Assembly (NCBI RefSeq): GCF_000260965.1
Contig: NC_017856.1
Span: forward strand, 1,140,001-1,172,000
DNA: 32,000 nucleotides
Reading direction: 5' to 3'
From: Methylophaga frappieri
GTDB taxonomy: Bacteria; Pseudomonadota; Gammaproteobacteria; Nitrosococcales; Methylophagaceae
The notes under the pieces are model-generated. The model saw only the letters and a program-made list of their open reading frames with translations, was not told the DNA's origin and made no database searches. How positions within the stretch are numbered: the first letter of the stretch is position 1; each line of letters begins with the position of its first letter. Both the position numbers and the translations under genes were made by a program. This document shows positions 9,516 to 18,128 of the stretch, piece by piece.

Positions 9516-11528
9516 CTATTTTAATATGTCTCGAATATTGGATAAATGGGCTTTGCCGCGCAGTTTTCGCTCTTCCGGATCTGCTTGTGTTTTTTCGGTC
9601 ATCCAAATCAGATCTTCTGCTGGCAACTCTCGCAAAAAACGACTTTCTTCACAGTCAACACGTTCTCCATAACGTTTTCGACTGTTCGCAAGCGTCATGA
9701 CCAGACTGCGCTGGGCACGGGTTATGCCAACATAAGTCAATCTACGCTCTTCTTCAATCGTATCGGATTCAATACTATTGCGATGAGGTAGAATTTCTTC
9801 TTCCATACCAACCATAAAAACATGCGGGAATTCCAGCCCTTTCGCAGCATGCAGTGTCATTAAATGCACCGCATCAGCCTGGTTCTCGTCTTCTTGGCGA
9901 TCTAACATATCCATTAATGTCAGCCGCGCCGCAATGTCGCCAATGGTTTTCTCTTCCATATCCTGTGTGATCATCCGCTCGATCCAACTGACAAGCTCCG
10001 TCACGTTTTCCATGCGACGTTCCGCTTTACGGGGATCACCGCTGGTTTCTTCCAGCCAGGCCTGATAGTCAATTTCTTCTACCAGATCTTTTACCGCTTC
10101 AAGCAAATTCCCGCGTTTAGCCCGGTCGGCAATATCAACCAACCATTCACTGAATTTCTGTAAATTCTGAACCGACTTAACAGGTAGGTTTTCTGCCAAA
10201 CCTAACTCAAAACAAGCCCCAAACAGGCTGGTTTGGCGCTTACCCGCATATTCACCCAGCGCCTGCAGTGTTGAGGTGCCAATTCCCCGACGTGGCGTAT
10301 TGATGACACGCAGAAATGCATTATCGTCATCCTGATTGGCCAATAACCGCAGATAAGCCATGATGTCTTTGACTTCGACCCGGGAAAAAAACGAGGTACC
10401 GCCAGTCAAAAAATATGGCACATTGTGTTCACGTAATACCTTTTCTAAAGAACGTGACTGATGGTTGCTACGATACAAAATGGCATAATCACGAAACGAT
10501 GCCTGATGTTTGAGTTTGTGATAAAGCAACTCGGAAACGACTTTTTCAGATTCATGCTCATCATCTTTACAACCAATAACCCGAATTGGATCCCCCTCGC
10601 CCATGGCACTCCACAGGGCTTTTTCAAACACGTGTGGATTATGACTAATCAAATGATTCGCTACCCGCAAAATCCGTCCCATTGAACGATAGTTTTGCTC
10701 AAGCTTAATCAGTTTGAGTCGCGGAAAATCGGTTTGTAATTGGGATAAGTTTTCCGGCCGTGCGCCGCGCCATGAATAGACTGATTGATCATCATCACCA
10801 ACAACGGTCAGCTTCTCTCGAATACCAACCAATTGCTTGACCAGTTCATACTGGCAACCATTTGTGTCTTGATACTCATCAACTAACAAATAATGAATGC
10901 GGGCCTGCCATTTTTGTAAGGTTTCGCGATATCCACGAAACAATAAAACAGGTTGCAAAATCAGATCATCAAAATCCAGCGCATTATAAGCTTTAAGTGC
11001 CTGAACATAGCGTGGATAAACTTGTGCAGCAAACTGTTGCTGCGCACCATCGGCAATCGTGGCGGCTTGCTCTGGCGAAATCAGCTGATTTTTCCATTCC
11101 GAAATTTGGCTTTGTACCTGCTGCGCGTGATCACTATCCGCAGCGAAGTCCCGCCCCATTAAATCACGCAAAACCGCTAAGGTATCCAAGGCATCAAAAA
11201 TCGAAAACCCCGGCCGATAGCCCAGTGTTGTGGCTTCTTTGCGCAAGATGTTAAGGCCCAGAGTGTGGAATGTTGAAACCATCAAGCCACGCGTAGACAC
11301 GGCGCTATTAGCCATCAGTTCTGCGACTCGACTCTTCATCTCTCGCGCAGCCTTGTTGGTAAAAGTAACCGCAGCAATATGACTTGCTTTGATTTCACAT
11401 TTTTCGATGAGATAAGCAATCTTTCGCGTGATGACACGAGTTTTGCCACTACCTGCACCAGCAAGAACTAATAACGGTCCGTCAATGTAACGCACAGCTT
11501 CCTGCTGCTGCGGATTTAAGTCATTCAC
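9516..11528 (-). CDS. rep: ATP-dependent DNA helicase Rep (SF1, UvrD/Rep family)
   Basis: Motifs are present: AGAGSGKT (Walker A), LLVDEYQDTN, VGDDDQSVYSWRGA, LEQNYRS and TLHAAKGLEFPHVFMVG. The length and N-terminus (MNDLNPQQQEAVRYIDGPLLVLAGAGSGKT from the GTG at 11526-11528) align with E. coli Rep. The ORF-track start at 11564 is a TTG that overlaps comM. Confidence 0.92.
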   Translation of the reverse strand: MNDLNPQQQEAVRYIDGPLLVLAGAGSGKTRVITRKIAYLIEKCEIKASHIAAVTFTNKAAREMKSRVAELMANSAVSTRGLMVSTFHTLGLNILRKEATTLGYRPGFSIFDALDTLAVLRDLMGRDFAADSDHAQQVQSQISEWKNQLISPEQAATIADGAQQQFAAQVYPRYVQALKAYNALDFDDLILQPVLLFRGYRETLQKWQARIHYLLVDEYQDTNGCQYELVKQLVGIREKLTVVGDDDQSVYSWRGARPENLSQLQTDFPRLKLIKLEQNYRSMGRILRVANHLISHNPHVFEKALWSAMGEGDPIRVIGCKDDEHESEKVVSELLYHKLKHQASFRDYAILYRSNHQSRSLEKVLREHNVPYFLTGGTSFFSRVEVKDIMAYLRLLANQDDDNAFLRVINTPRRGIGTSTLQALGEYAGKRQTSLFGACFELGLAENLPVKSVQNLQKFSEWLVDIADRAKRGNLLEAVKDLVEEIDYQAWLEETSGDPRKAERRMENVTELVSWIERMITQDMEEKTIGDIAARLTLMDMLDRQEDENQADAVHLMTLHAAKGLEFPHVFMVGMEEEILPHRNSIESDTIEEERRLTYVGITRAQRSLVMTLANSRKRYGERVDCEESRFLRELPAEDLIWMTEKTQADPEERKLRGKAHLSNIRDILK

Positions 11529-11532
11529 TAAT

Positions 11533-13035
11533 TCAAGAAACCGTATCCAATCGCCGATAGCCAATCGCTTCGGTCAGGTGTGTTGTCAAAATAGCATCGC
11601 TGTCAGCCAGATCGGCAATGGTTCGCGCCACTTTAATGATTCGATGATAGGCACGTGCTGATAGTCCAAGTTTAGCAATCGCTTGTTCCAATAATGCTGC
11701 GTCGGCATCACTTAATCGGCAAAATTCTGCCATTTTATTTTGAGTCAGACGCGCATTTATTTGCCCGCCGCGTGCGAGCTGATGTGCTCTCGCGGCAATG
11801 ACGCGCTGGCGAATTCGCTCACTAGGCTCAGGCATTGGCTCATCATCTGCCAGACGCAATAATCGATGCTCGACTGGCGGCACTTCCAATAAAATATCTA
11901 ACCTATCCAGCAAAGGGCCGGAGATTTTAGCACGGTATCGACGTACCTGCTCAGCGCTACAATGACATCGGGACTGACCAAGATAACCACAGGGACACGG
12001 ATTCATCGCGGCAACCAGTTGAAATTCGGCGGGAAATTCCGCTTGATTGGCGGCTCTGGACACCATAATGACTCCGGACTCGATGGGTTCTCGTAATACT
12101 TCCAGTACCCGCCGATCAAACTCGGGTAACTCATCTAGAAATAATACGCCTTGATGTGCCAAAGATATCTCGCCAGGTTTTGGCTGACTGCCACCCCCAA
12201 CCAAGGCAACGCCTGAGGCGGTATGATGCGGTGAACGAAATGGACGCTGACGCCAGCGACCAACCTCAAAACCGTTTCCGGTGATGGATTGAATGGCTGC
12301 ACTAGCCAAGGCTTCAGCGTCTGTCATGGGGGGTAAAATCCCCGGCAGCCGAGTAGCCAACATGGTTTTTCCTGTCCCCGGTGGTCCACAAAATAACAAG
12401 CTGTGTCCCCCCGCCGCGGCGATTTCCAATGCGCGACGTGCGCCGGGTTGTCCACGCACATCGCGCATGTCGGCGTAATCCGGCTCAACCTGAGACTGAA
12501 TCACGTCATTTTCTGGCAAGCTTTGCTGACCATGTAAAAAAGCACACACAGACAACAGATCAGCGGCCACATAACTTTTGGCCTGTTGCGTCAGAGCCGC
12601 TTCTGCCACATTGGCTGCCGGTAATAACAATTCTCGTCCCGCCTTTGCCGTTGCCAACAACGTCGGCAAAACGCCTCTGACTGGCCTTAACTCGCCGGTC
12701 AAACTTAACTCACCGATGAACTCTATTGCCAACAGTCGTTCGTCAGGGATTTGCCCAGATGCAGCGAGAATACCGAGTGCAATCGGTAAATCAAACCGTC
12801 CGCCCTCTTTTGGTAAATCCGCTGGTGCGAGATTGATAGTGATGCGCTGTTGGGGAAATTGAAACCGACCATTAATAATCGCCGATCTCACCCTATCGCG
12901 ACTTTCCCGAACGGCGGTTTCTGGCATACCGACAATCGATAGCGAGGGCAAACCGTTTGATAAATGTACCTCGATAGTCACTGGCGGTGCATCAATGCCT
13001 GCCAGCGCCCGACTATGTATTGTTGCAAGCGTCAT
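11533..13035 (-). CDS. comM: YifB/ComM family ATP-binding protein (Mg-chelatase-like AAA+, competence-associated helicase)
   Basis: From the ATG at 13033-13035: MTLATIHSRALAGIDAPPVTIEVHLSNGLPSLSIVGMPE... (Lon-protease-like N-domain). It also has Walker A (GPPGTGKTMLA), LFLDELPEF, a Cys cluster (NPCPCGYLG...CHCS) and a C-terminal Mg-chelatase subunit ChlI domain. Colinear with E. coli YifB. Confidence 0.92.
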   Translation of the reverse strand: MTLATIHSRALAGIDAPPVTIEVHLSNGLPSLSIVGMPETAVRESRDRVRSAIINGRFQFPQQRITINLAPADLPKEGGRFDLPIALGILAASGQIPDERLLAIEFIGELSLTGELRPVRGVLPTLLATAKAGRELLLPAANVAEAALTQQAKSYVAADLLSVCAFLHGQQSLPENDVIQSQVEPDYADMRDVRGQPGARRALEIAAAGGHSLLFCGPPGTGKTMLATRLPGILPPMTDAEALASAAIQSITGNGFEVGRWRQRPFRSPHHTASGVALVGGGSQPKPGEISLAHQGVLFLDELPEFDRRVLEVLREPIESGVIMVSRAANQAEFPAEFQLVAAMNPCPCGYLGQSRCHCSAEQVRRYRAKISGPLLDRLDILLEVPPVEHRLLRLADDEPMPEPSERIRQRVIAARAHQLARGGQINARLTQNKMAEFCRLSDADAALLEQAIAKLGLSARAYHRIIKVARTIADLADSDAILTTHLTEAIGYRRLDTVS

Positions 13036-13148
13036 AACCTGTCCTTGGTAAAAGCCTGTCGACACAGTGTAACCAAAAAAAGGAAAAAATAACTGAATTG
13101 GATATCTTGGGAATCTGCCATAAATCACAATTCGGAGCGGGTTTTGTT

Positions 13149-13177
13149 TTGGAGCAAAATGCGCATCATGTTAGAAT
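13149..13177 (+). promoter_or_regulatory. Candidate sigma70 promoter for the DUF481 gene (TTGGAG - 17 nt with extended TG - TAGAAT)
   Basis: -35 TTGGAG at 13149-13154, a 17-nt spacer ending in ..tgt, and -10 TAGAAT at 13172-13177, about 45 nt upstream of the ATG at 13220. Pattern match only. Confidence 0.35.
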
Positions 13178-13219
13178 CAGTTGCAAGCAACCTTTTTAAA
13201 ATCAATGTTCGGAGTAACT

Positions 13220-14383
13220 ATGTTAAAGCGCCGTATGCGTCCGCTTGCCTTGCTGTTGTCTGCTGTTTTTAGCAGCCAAGTCTTTGCCGACCAAGTTGTA
13301 TTAAATGATGGAAGCCAGCTCAATGGTACAATCCAGCAAATTGCAGATGGCAAACTCATCCTGGATACCGCGTTTGCAGATGAAGTGACAATTGATTTCA
13401 GTAAGGTGACCAAGCTAACCACGGATAAGCCTTACATGATTCAGCTTGAGAGTAGTGACCGTATTGTCGGACAGATTGCGACAAACGCCAATGGACAGCA
13501 TCAACTGACAGGTACCGCCTTTGGTGACGTTCCGCTTGACCCTGCCAATATTGAAACCCTGTGGCCAGCCGGAACAAATAAACCACAACTGTCGGCACTT
13601 GAAGCCGAGTATGAAGCAAAGCTCGCTGATGCCGAAGCCACCAAACAAGCAGAAGTTGATCAAATTCAGCAATCTTATGAAACTCAACTGCAGCAAGTGC
13701 GTGAGGAAAATACCGCACTGAAAGATCCTTGGCGCGGCAATCTTGCGATTGGTGTTCAAGGAGCGAAAGGAAATACCGAGCGCTTTGCAGCAACCGGACG
13801 CGGTGAATTGTTCCGTGAAACCGAAGCCGAGCGAATGGCGATGTATATGGAAATTAATTACGCTAAGGAAGACGGCGAACAAACTGAAAATGAGAAACTG
13901 GCCGGTATTTCACTAGAACGCGACATTAGCGAAAACTACTTCGCCCGGGGGAGTGCCGACTTCGAGATTGATGATTTTGAAGAGCTAGACCTGCGTGCTA
14001 TTGCCACAGCCAGTATTGGTCGATTCTTCATTCGGGAGGAAGACTTAGTATTTAAAGGCTTCGCCGGTTTGGGTTATCGTTTTGAAAGTTATAGTGATGG
14101 CACCAACGAAAAGGACCCAACCGGGGTACTCGGGTATGACGTCAATTATAAGATGAACAGTCGATTACGACTGTTTCATGACTTAACGTATTACCCGTCG
14201 TTTAGCAGCCCGGGACAGAATTATCTGGTTGTGACAAACTTTGGTGGCGAAATGCCAATCACGGAAAGCGAAGCTTGGAAAGTTCGTGCATCATTGCGCA
14301 GCCAATATAACAGTCAACCAGCTATCGATGCTGAAAAAACAGACACCAGCTACCGTCTGAATTTAGTTTACGACTGGGATTAA
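13220..14383 (+). CDS. DUF481 domain-containing outer-membrane protein (YdiY-like)
   Basis: Start chosen at the ATG at 13220 with GGAG 6 nt upstream. Signal peptide MLKRRMRPLALLLSAVFSSQVFA. The N-terminal region has repeated DGS-x-L-x-G-x-I motifs, followed by a coiled-coil segment. The C-terminal beta-barrel has alternating hydrophobic residues and ends ...SYRLNLVYDWD (terminal aromatic), typical of DUF481. Confidence 0.8.
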   Translation: MLKRRMRPLALLLSAVFSSQVFADQVVLNDGSQLNGTIQQIADGKLILDTAFADEVTIDFSKVTKLTTDKPYMIQLESSDRIVGQIATNANGQHQLTGTAFGDVPLDPANIETLWPAGTNKPQLSALEAEYEAKLADAEATKQAEVDQIQQSYETQLQQVREENTALKDPWRGNLAIGVQGAKGNTERFAATGRGELFRETEAERMAMYMEINYAKEDGEQTENEKLAGISLERDISENYFARGSADFEIDDFEELDLRAIATASIGRFFIREEDLVFKGFAGLGYRFESYSDGTNEKDPTGVLGYDVNYKMNSRLRLFHDLTYYPSFSSPGQNYLVVTNFGGEMPITESEAWKVRASLRSQYNSQPAIDAEKTDTSYRLNLVYDWD

Positions 14384-14468
14384 TCAGCCTTAGCTCTTAG
14401 CTGGCAACCAGGTCATGCGTTGTTGAATGTATGATGAATTCATGCTTTGCAGACAGCAAAAACTAATG

Positions 14469-14510
14469 CGAACCTTGCCTGACTCTCATCGGGTAAGGTT
14501 CGTTTCCTTC
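14469..14510 (+). terminator. Probable terminator of the DUF481 gene
   Basis: cgaaccttgcc (14469-14479) pairs with ggtaaggttcg (14492-14502): 11 bp including one G-T, with a 12-nt loop, followed by tttccttc. Confidence 0.55.
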
Positions 14511-14615
14511 TAAAATACGGCCACGTATTACGTCATTTTCCGGGAAACTCCCGCTACCTCGATCAGTAATAAAACCAGCATGCCATTCCCGCTTGGCTAA
14601 GACGCGGTCAGATAC

Positions 14616-14650
14616 AAAAAAGCCGTCAGCGTTTCGAACCGACGGCTTTT
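14616..14650 (-). terminator. Rho-independent (bidirectional) terminator after ppnP
   Basis: gccgtc (14622-14627) pairs with gacggc (14641-14646), flanked by A6 (14616-14621) and T4 (14647-14650). On the minus strand the hairpin is followed by U6, about 25 nt after the ppnP stop. Confidence 0.7.
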
Positions 14651-14674
14651 CAGAAACCTGGCTTCAGATTTTGT

Positions 14675-14989
14675 CTAATCCAGATAACTACAGCAATAAT
14701 CCACCAGTGCTGAGATTTCAATATCAAATTCGGCATTAGCTGGAACATTAAACGACTGTCCGGCAACAATTTCATGCCAGGTCGTTTCACCTTGGAGACG
14801 GTAACGTAACTGGCCCGCTAAAATTTCCATCAGCTCGGCTTTTTCGGTACCGAAAGTGTAATTGCCCGGCATCATGATACCAAGTGTTTTATAACTGCCG
14901 TCCGAAAACGTTACTTTTCGGCTGGTCACTTTGCCATCAAAATAAATATTCGCTTCACGGGTAACCGTGACATTATCAAACGCAGACAT
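14675..14989 (-). CDS. ppnP: Pyrimidine/purine nucleoside phosphorylase PpnP (YaiE, DUF1255, cupin)
   Basis: From the ATG at 14987-14989: MSAFDNVTVTREANIYFDGKVTSRKVTFSDGSYKTLGIMMPGNYTFGTEKAELMEILAG... This is the conserved PpnP pattern and size (about 100 aa). The longer track ORF (to 15133) would overlap the upstream gene by 89 nt. Confidence 0.85.
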   Translation of the reverse strand: MSAFDNVTVTREANIYFDGKVTSRKVTFSDGSYKTLGIMMPGNYTFGTEKAELMEILAGQLRYRLQGETTWHEIVAGQSFNVPANAEFDIEISALVDYCCSYLD

Positions 14990-15044
14990 AACAAAATTTC
15001 CTGTTAGAGACTTAAACTTGTAATAAATCGAGAAAGCGCCGGCG

Positions 15045-15743
15045 TTATCTATAATCCTGCATATTTCTAAATCCTTTTGGCACGTCGTACTGATACAACG
15101 TCTCAGTCCGTGTCTCCGTCCAGGTAGCTCCATTTCGGTCTACATAGTGAATCGTGTCGTCCTCAACACGCACAGCATAATGCACATAAGCACTGCTCGA
15201 CTCCGGCCCACGGAAAATAAAGCCGCGATCAACCTGCAGGACAACATTACGATCTACATTATGCGAGTAGGTACCATAGCCAGGGTTGACCTGCCAGGAA
15301 TAGTAGTCATAACGCGTTCCCCCATCTTTATATTCCACAGAGCGAATATGCTTTGTACCACCACGCTCGGCCTCTTCAAACCAATAGCCATCTAACTGCT
15401 CAGGACGAATGTTTGGTGCCGGAGTAAAGTGGAATTTATTTCTTTGGTAACTCACGGACTGGTTATCCCAGTCCACTTTTGCCTCAATCGTTTTCCCCTC
15501 TGTGGTTGGGGTTAGCAAAAGAACATCATTATCCTGCAAACTCAGCTCATAGACTTGCTCACGGCCCCAATCTGTACTGCTGGTAAAGGTGGCTTTATCA
15601 CCTGAGATGGCCAGTGCCCCCCGGCCAGAGTTATCCACCCATTGCCCGGAAAGCGCTGATAAATCCTGTTTTGCCATTACCCCAAAAGCCGATAATAAAG
15701 AAACCGCGCCAACCACGGCTGATAACAATTTAGTTTTCATCAT
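15045..15743 (-). CDS. Hypothetical secreted protein
   Basis: 232-aa ORF with a clear Sec signal peptide (MMKTKLLSAVVGAVSLLSAFGVMA) and a beta-rich, Trp/Tyr/Asp-rich mature part. I recognise no family. It lies 22 nt downstream of ubiK on the same strand. Confidence 0.6.
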   Translation of the reverse strand: MMKTKLLSAVVGAVSLLSAFGVMAKQDLSALSGQWVDNSGRGALAISGDKATFTSSTDWGREQVYELSLQDNDVLLLTPTTEGKTIEAKVDWDNQSVSYQRNKFHFTPAPNIRPEQLDGYWFEEAERGGTKHIRSVEYKDGGTRYDYYSWQVNPGYGTYSHNVDRNVVLQVDRGFIFRGPESSSAYVHYAVRVEDDTIHYVDRNGATWTETRTETLYQYDVPKGFRNMQDYR

Positions 15744-15765
15744 AATACTGTTCCAAATAGCTAAT

Positions 15766-16020
15766 TTACTGATTCGAAGATGTCTGTTGTTCTAGTTCTG
15801 CGACACGCTTTTCAAGTGCTTCCAACTTTTCCCGTGTTCTTAATAGCACTTGAGATTGCACGTCAAACTCTTCTCTAGTCACCAAATCAAGTTTGTTAAA
15901 TGTTGCCGTGAGGCCAGCACGAATATTTTTTTCTGCTTCTTCGCGCATTTGTAATATACCTGGCGGTAATGACTTGGTGACAGTGTCTACCAATTCATCA
16001 ATTTTTTTTGAATCAATCAT
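15766..16020 (-). CDS. ubiK: Ubiquinone biosynthesis accessory factor UbiK (YqiC/BMFP family, DUF526)
   Basis: 84 aa. MIDSKKIDELVDTV...LPPG...NIRAGLTATFNKLDLVTREEFDVQSQVLLRTREKLEALEKRVAELE is the characteristic coiled-coil UbiK/YqiC pattern. Confidence 0.85.
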   Translation of the reverse strand: MIDSKKIDELVDTVTKSLPPGILQMREEAEKNIRAGLTATFNKLDLVTREEFDVQSQVLLRTREKLEALEKRVAELEQQTSSNQ

Positions 16021-16144
16021 GTGCTCTCTCCCAATTTCGAGCTATTGTACGGCAAAAGCGATTAGACTCAATGCTCACCCTAAAGTTTGCTGAGAGAGAT
16101 AGGTCAGGCTATGCTGTTATCTGACTTTATACTCAGGAAGCACT

Positions 16145-16570
16145 ATGTCCGCGATTGAAATCACCGCTGTTGTTATTGCCCTTATCCTTGTCGGCATAAT
16201 TAGCTTTTTTGCTGGCCGACGCATGAATATCGATACCCGTGATCTTGTTCGTCAATTGAACGAAGAGCACGAACAGCAATTATCTAAAAAACAGGCAGAA
16301 CTTGATGCTTATCGCGACAAAGTCCACGCACATTTTGATAAAACGGCAGGGTTATTTGTCAACATGGCTGGCTCTTACAAAGATTTATTCGATCATTTAT
16401 CCGCAGGTTACGATCAATTAGGCGAACTCGGTATCGATAAAAAATTGCCAGATCGAGCTGGCGCCTTGCTTGATGGTCCCGAAGCCGATGCACAACCAAC
16501 GCAAACTCAGTCAGGTATGCCAGAATATAAAAATATGAATGCCACAGCCGGCGGTAGCAAAGACGATTAG
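16145..16570 (+). CDS. yhcB: YhcB/ZapG family (DUF1043) inner-membrane protein
   Basis: 141 aa. It has a single N-terminal TM helix, a coiled coil (KKQAELDAYRDKVHAHFDKTAGLFVNMAGSYKDLFDHLSAG) colinear with E. coli YhcB, and a disordered acidic tail. The RBS AGGAAG precedes the ATG. Confidence 0.8.
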   Translation: MSAIEITAVVIALILVGIISFFAGRRMNIDTRDLVRQLNEEHEQQLSKKQAELDAYRDKVHAHFDKTAGLFVNMAGSYKDLFDHLSAGYDQLGELGIDKKLPDRAGALLDGPEADAQPTQTQSGMPEYKNMNATAGGSKDD

Positions 16571-16571
16571 G

Positions 16572-18026
16572 TCATTTTTTACCGAGTAACGATCCCAACA
16601 AACCGCGTAATAAACGCCGCCCAACCTGACTGCCCAAAGCACGCATCGCGCTTTTGGTAAAAGCTTCAAAAGCGGTATCACCGCGTCGGGTCCGTTTTGC
16701 CGCCTTTTTGACGGTTTCAGACTCAGCTTCCAAGGCTTTTTTCTGCATCGCTTCGGTTCGTTCAGAGAGCAACTCGTACGCTGACTCACGATCAACCACC
16801 TTCTCGTAGACACCGGCAACCAGTGACGTTTTTAGTAGTTGTTGTCGTTGTGATGCTTCAATCGGCCCAATTTGCCCTTTGGGTGGTTTGATCAGCGTGC
16901 GCTGTACCATTTGCGGCCGTCCTTTCTCGTCAAGCATAGATACCAGGGCTTCCCCCACGCCCAGCTGCGTTAAAACATCAATGCTGGAAAAAGCCGGATT
17001 ATCGAAAAAGGTTTCTGCTGCAGCTTTGATTGCTTTCTGATCTTTAGCGGTATAGGCACGTAATGCGTGCTGGATACGGTTACCCAGTTGACCAAGCACA
17101 CTTTCAGGAATATCCGTGGGATTTTGTGTAACAAAATACACGCCCACCCCTTTTGACCGAATCAAACGTACCACTTGTTCAATTTTATCCAGCAGCGCTT
17201 TCGGTGCATCATCAAAAATCAGGTGCGCCTCATCAAAAAACAAGACAATTTTTGGCTTTTCAGGATCGCCGACTTCGGGTAATTGTTCGAATAGCTCCGC
17301 CAAGAGCCATAATAGAAACGTGCTGTATAACTGCGGTGACTGCATCAGTTTGTCAGCAGCCAACAGATTAATCATACCGCGTCCATTTGCATCGGTTTGC
17401 ATCAAATCGTCCAGATTGAGGACCGGTTCGGCAAAAAGTTTATCCGCACCCTGCTCTTCCAATACCAGCAACCGTCGTTGGATCGCTCCGACACTGGCTG
17501 CCGAAATATTACCGTACAGTGTTTGAAACTCAGCCGCATTCTCAGCCACATACTGCAGCATCGCCCGTAAATCCTTCAAATCCAGCACCAGCCAGCCATT
17601 ATCATCAGCTACCCGGAAAACCAGGGTCAGGACGCCCTGTTGCGTATCATTTAATTGCATGAGGCGAGATAACAACAGCGGCCCCATGTCTGATATGGTT
17701 GTTCTAACTGGATGCCCTTGCTCACCAAACACATCCCAGAAACTGGTACTAAACCCCATAAATTGGAAATGATCCAATTGCATGGCGGTAACACGTTCCG
17801 CAATTTTAGGATGACTTTTGCCTGGTTGGCTGATGCCTGATAAATCGCCTTTAATATCGGCGGCAAAGACGGGCACGCCAATTTCGCTAAACCCTTCCGC
17901 CAAGCCCTGCAACGTCACTGTTTTACCGGTACCTGTTGCGCCGGCAACCAGACCATGACGGTTAGCCATTGTCGGTAACAAATACACCGGCGACTCAGCC
18001 AGTCCCATAAAAATTGGTGCAGCCAT
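16572..18026 (-). CDS. yjgR: HerA-like helicase domain / DUF853 family P-loop NTPase (YjgR-like)
   Basis: 484 aa. LLPTMANRHGLVAGATGTGKTVTLQ (Walker A), IVLFFDEAHLIF (Walker B) and a basic C-terminal tail are colinear with E. coli YjgR. Confidence 0.88.
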   Translation of the reverse strand: MAAPIFMGLAESPVYLLPTMANRHGLVAGATGTGKTVTLQGLAEGFSEIGVPVFAADIKGDLSGISQPGKSHPKIAERVTAMQLDHFQFMGFSTSFWDVFGEQGHPVRTTISDMGPLLLSRLMQLNDTQQGVLTLVFRVADDNGWLVLDLKDLRAMLQYVAENAAEFQTLYGNISAASVGAIQRRLLVLEEQGADKLFAEPVLNLDDLMQTDANGRGMINLLAADKLMQSPQLYSTFLLWLLAELFEQLPEVGDPEKPKIVLFFDEAHLIFDDAPKALLDKIEQVVRLIRSKGVGVYFVTQNPTDIPESVLGQLGNRIQHALRAYTAKDQKAIKAAAETFFDNPAFSSIDVLTQLGVGEALVSMLDEKGRPQMVQRTLIKPPKGQIGPIEASQRQQLLKTSLVAGVYEKVVDRESAYELLSERTEAMQKKALEAESETVKKAAKRTRRGDTAFEAFTKSAMRALGSQVGRRLLRGLLGSLLGKK

Positions 18027-18128
18027 GAGCAGTCTCTTTAATTAATTTCAAAAAATGTTGTGTGAACTGACTAAGTATTAAAGCACGGAAGTCAGTTTAA
18101 CTGAACGATCTCAGGCCAACGGCAATAC

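Noticed and set aside
11529-11564. ORF-track Rep start at 11564 (a TTG codon), giving a 12-aa N-terminal extension MAIGDWIRFLEL
   Set aside because: It would overlap the comM 3' end by 32 nt. The GTG at 11526-11528 gives MNDLNPQQQEAV..., which aligns with the E. coli Rep N-terminus (MRLNPGQQQAV...). I treat the extension as an artefact of longest-ORF calling.
13036-13128. 31-aa N-terminal extension of comM (MIYGRFPRYPIQLFFPFFGYTVSTGFYQGQV)
   Set aside because: YifB/ComM homologues start at the equivalent of MTLATIHSRALAG. The extension has no homology logic and would consume the divergent promoter region.
13398-13882. Long antisense or alternative-frame ORFs inside known genes, for example 13398-13793 and 13415-13882 (antisense to DUF481), 24009-24434, 17116-17526, 12293-12862 and 26870-27193
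   Set aside because: They lie entirely within strongly supported conserved CDSs. They have low-complexity or Cys/Arg/His-rich compositions typical of non-coding frames, and no RBS or homology support.
14384-14674. Possible sRNA or small ORF (for example the 28-aa MYDEFMLCRQQKLMRTLPDSHRVRFVSF) in the 290-bp convergent spacer between DUF481 and ppnP
   Set aside because: The spacer is adequately explained by two terminator hairpins, one per converging gene. The small ORF has no RBS, and I found no promoter-like element for an independent transcript.
14990-15133. 48-aa N-terminal extension of ppnP, overlapping the upstream secreted-protein gene by 89 nt
   Set aside because: PpnP family proteins are about 95-105 aa and start at the MSxF..V motif. 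The extension is Arg/Cys-rich out-of-frame read-through of the neighbour's 3' end.
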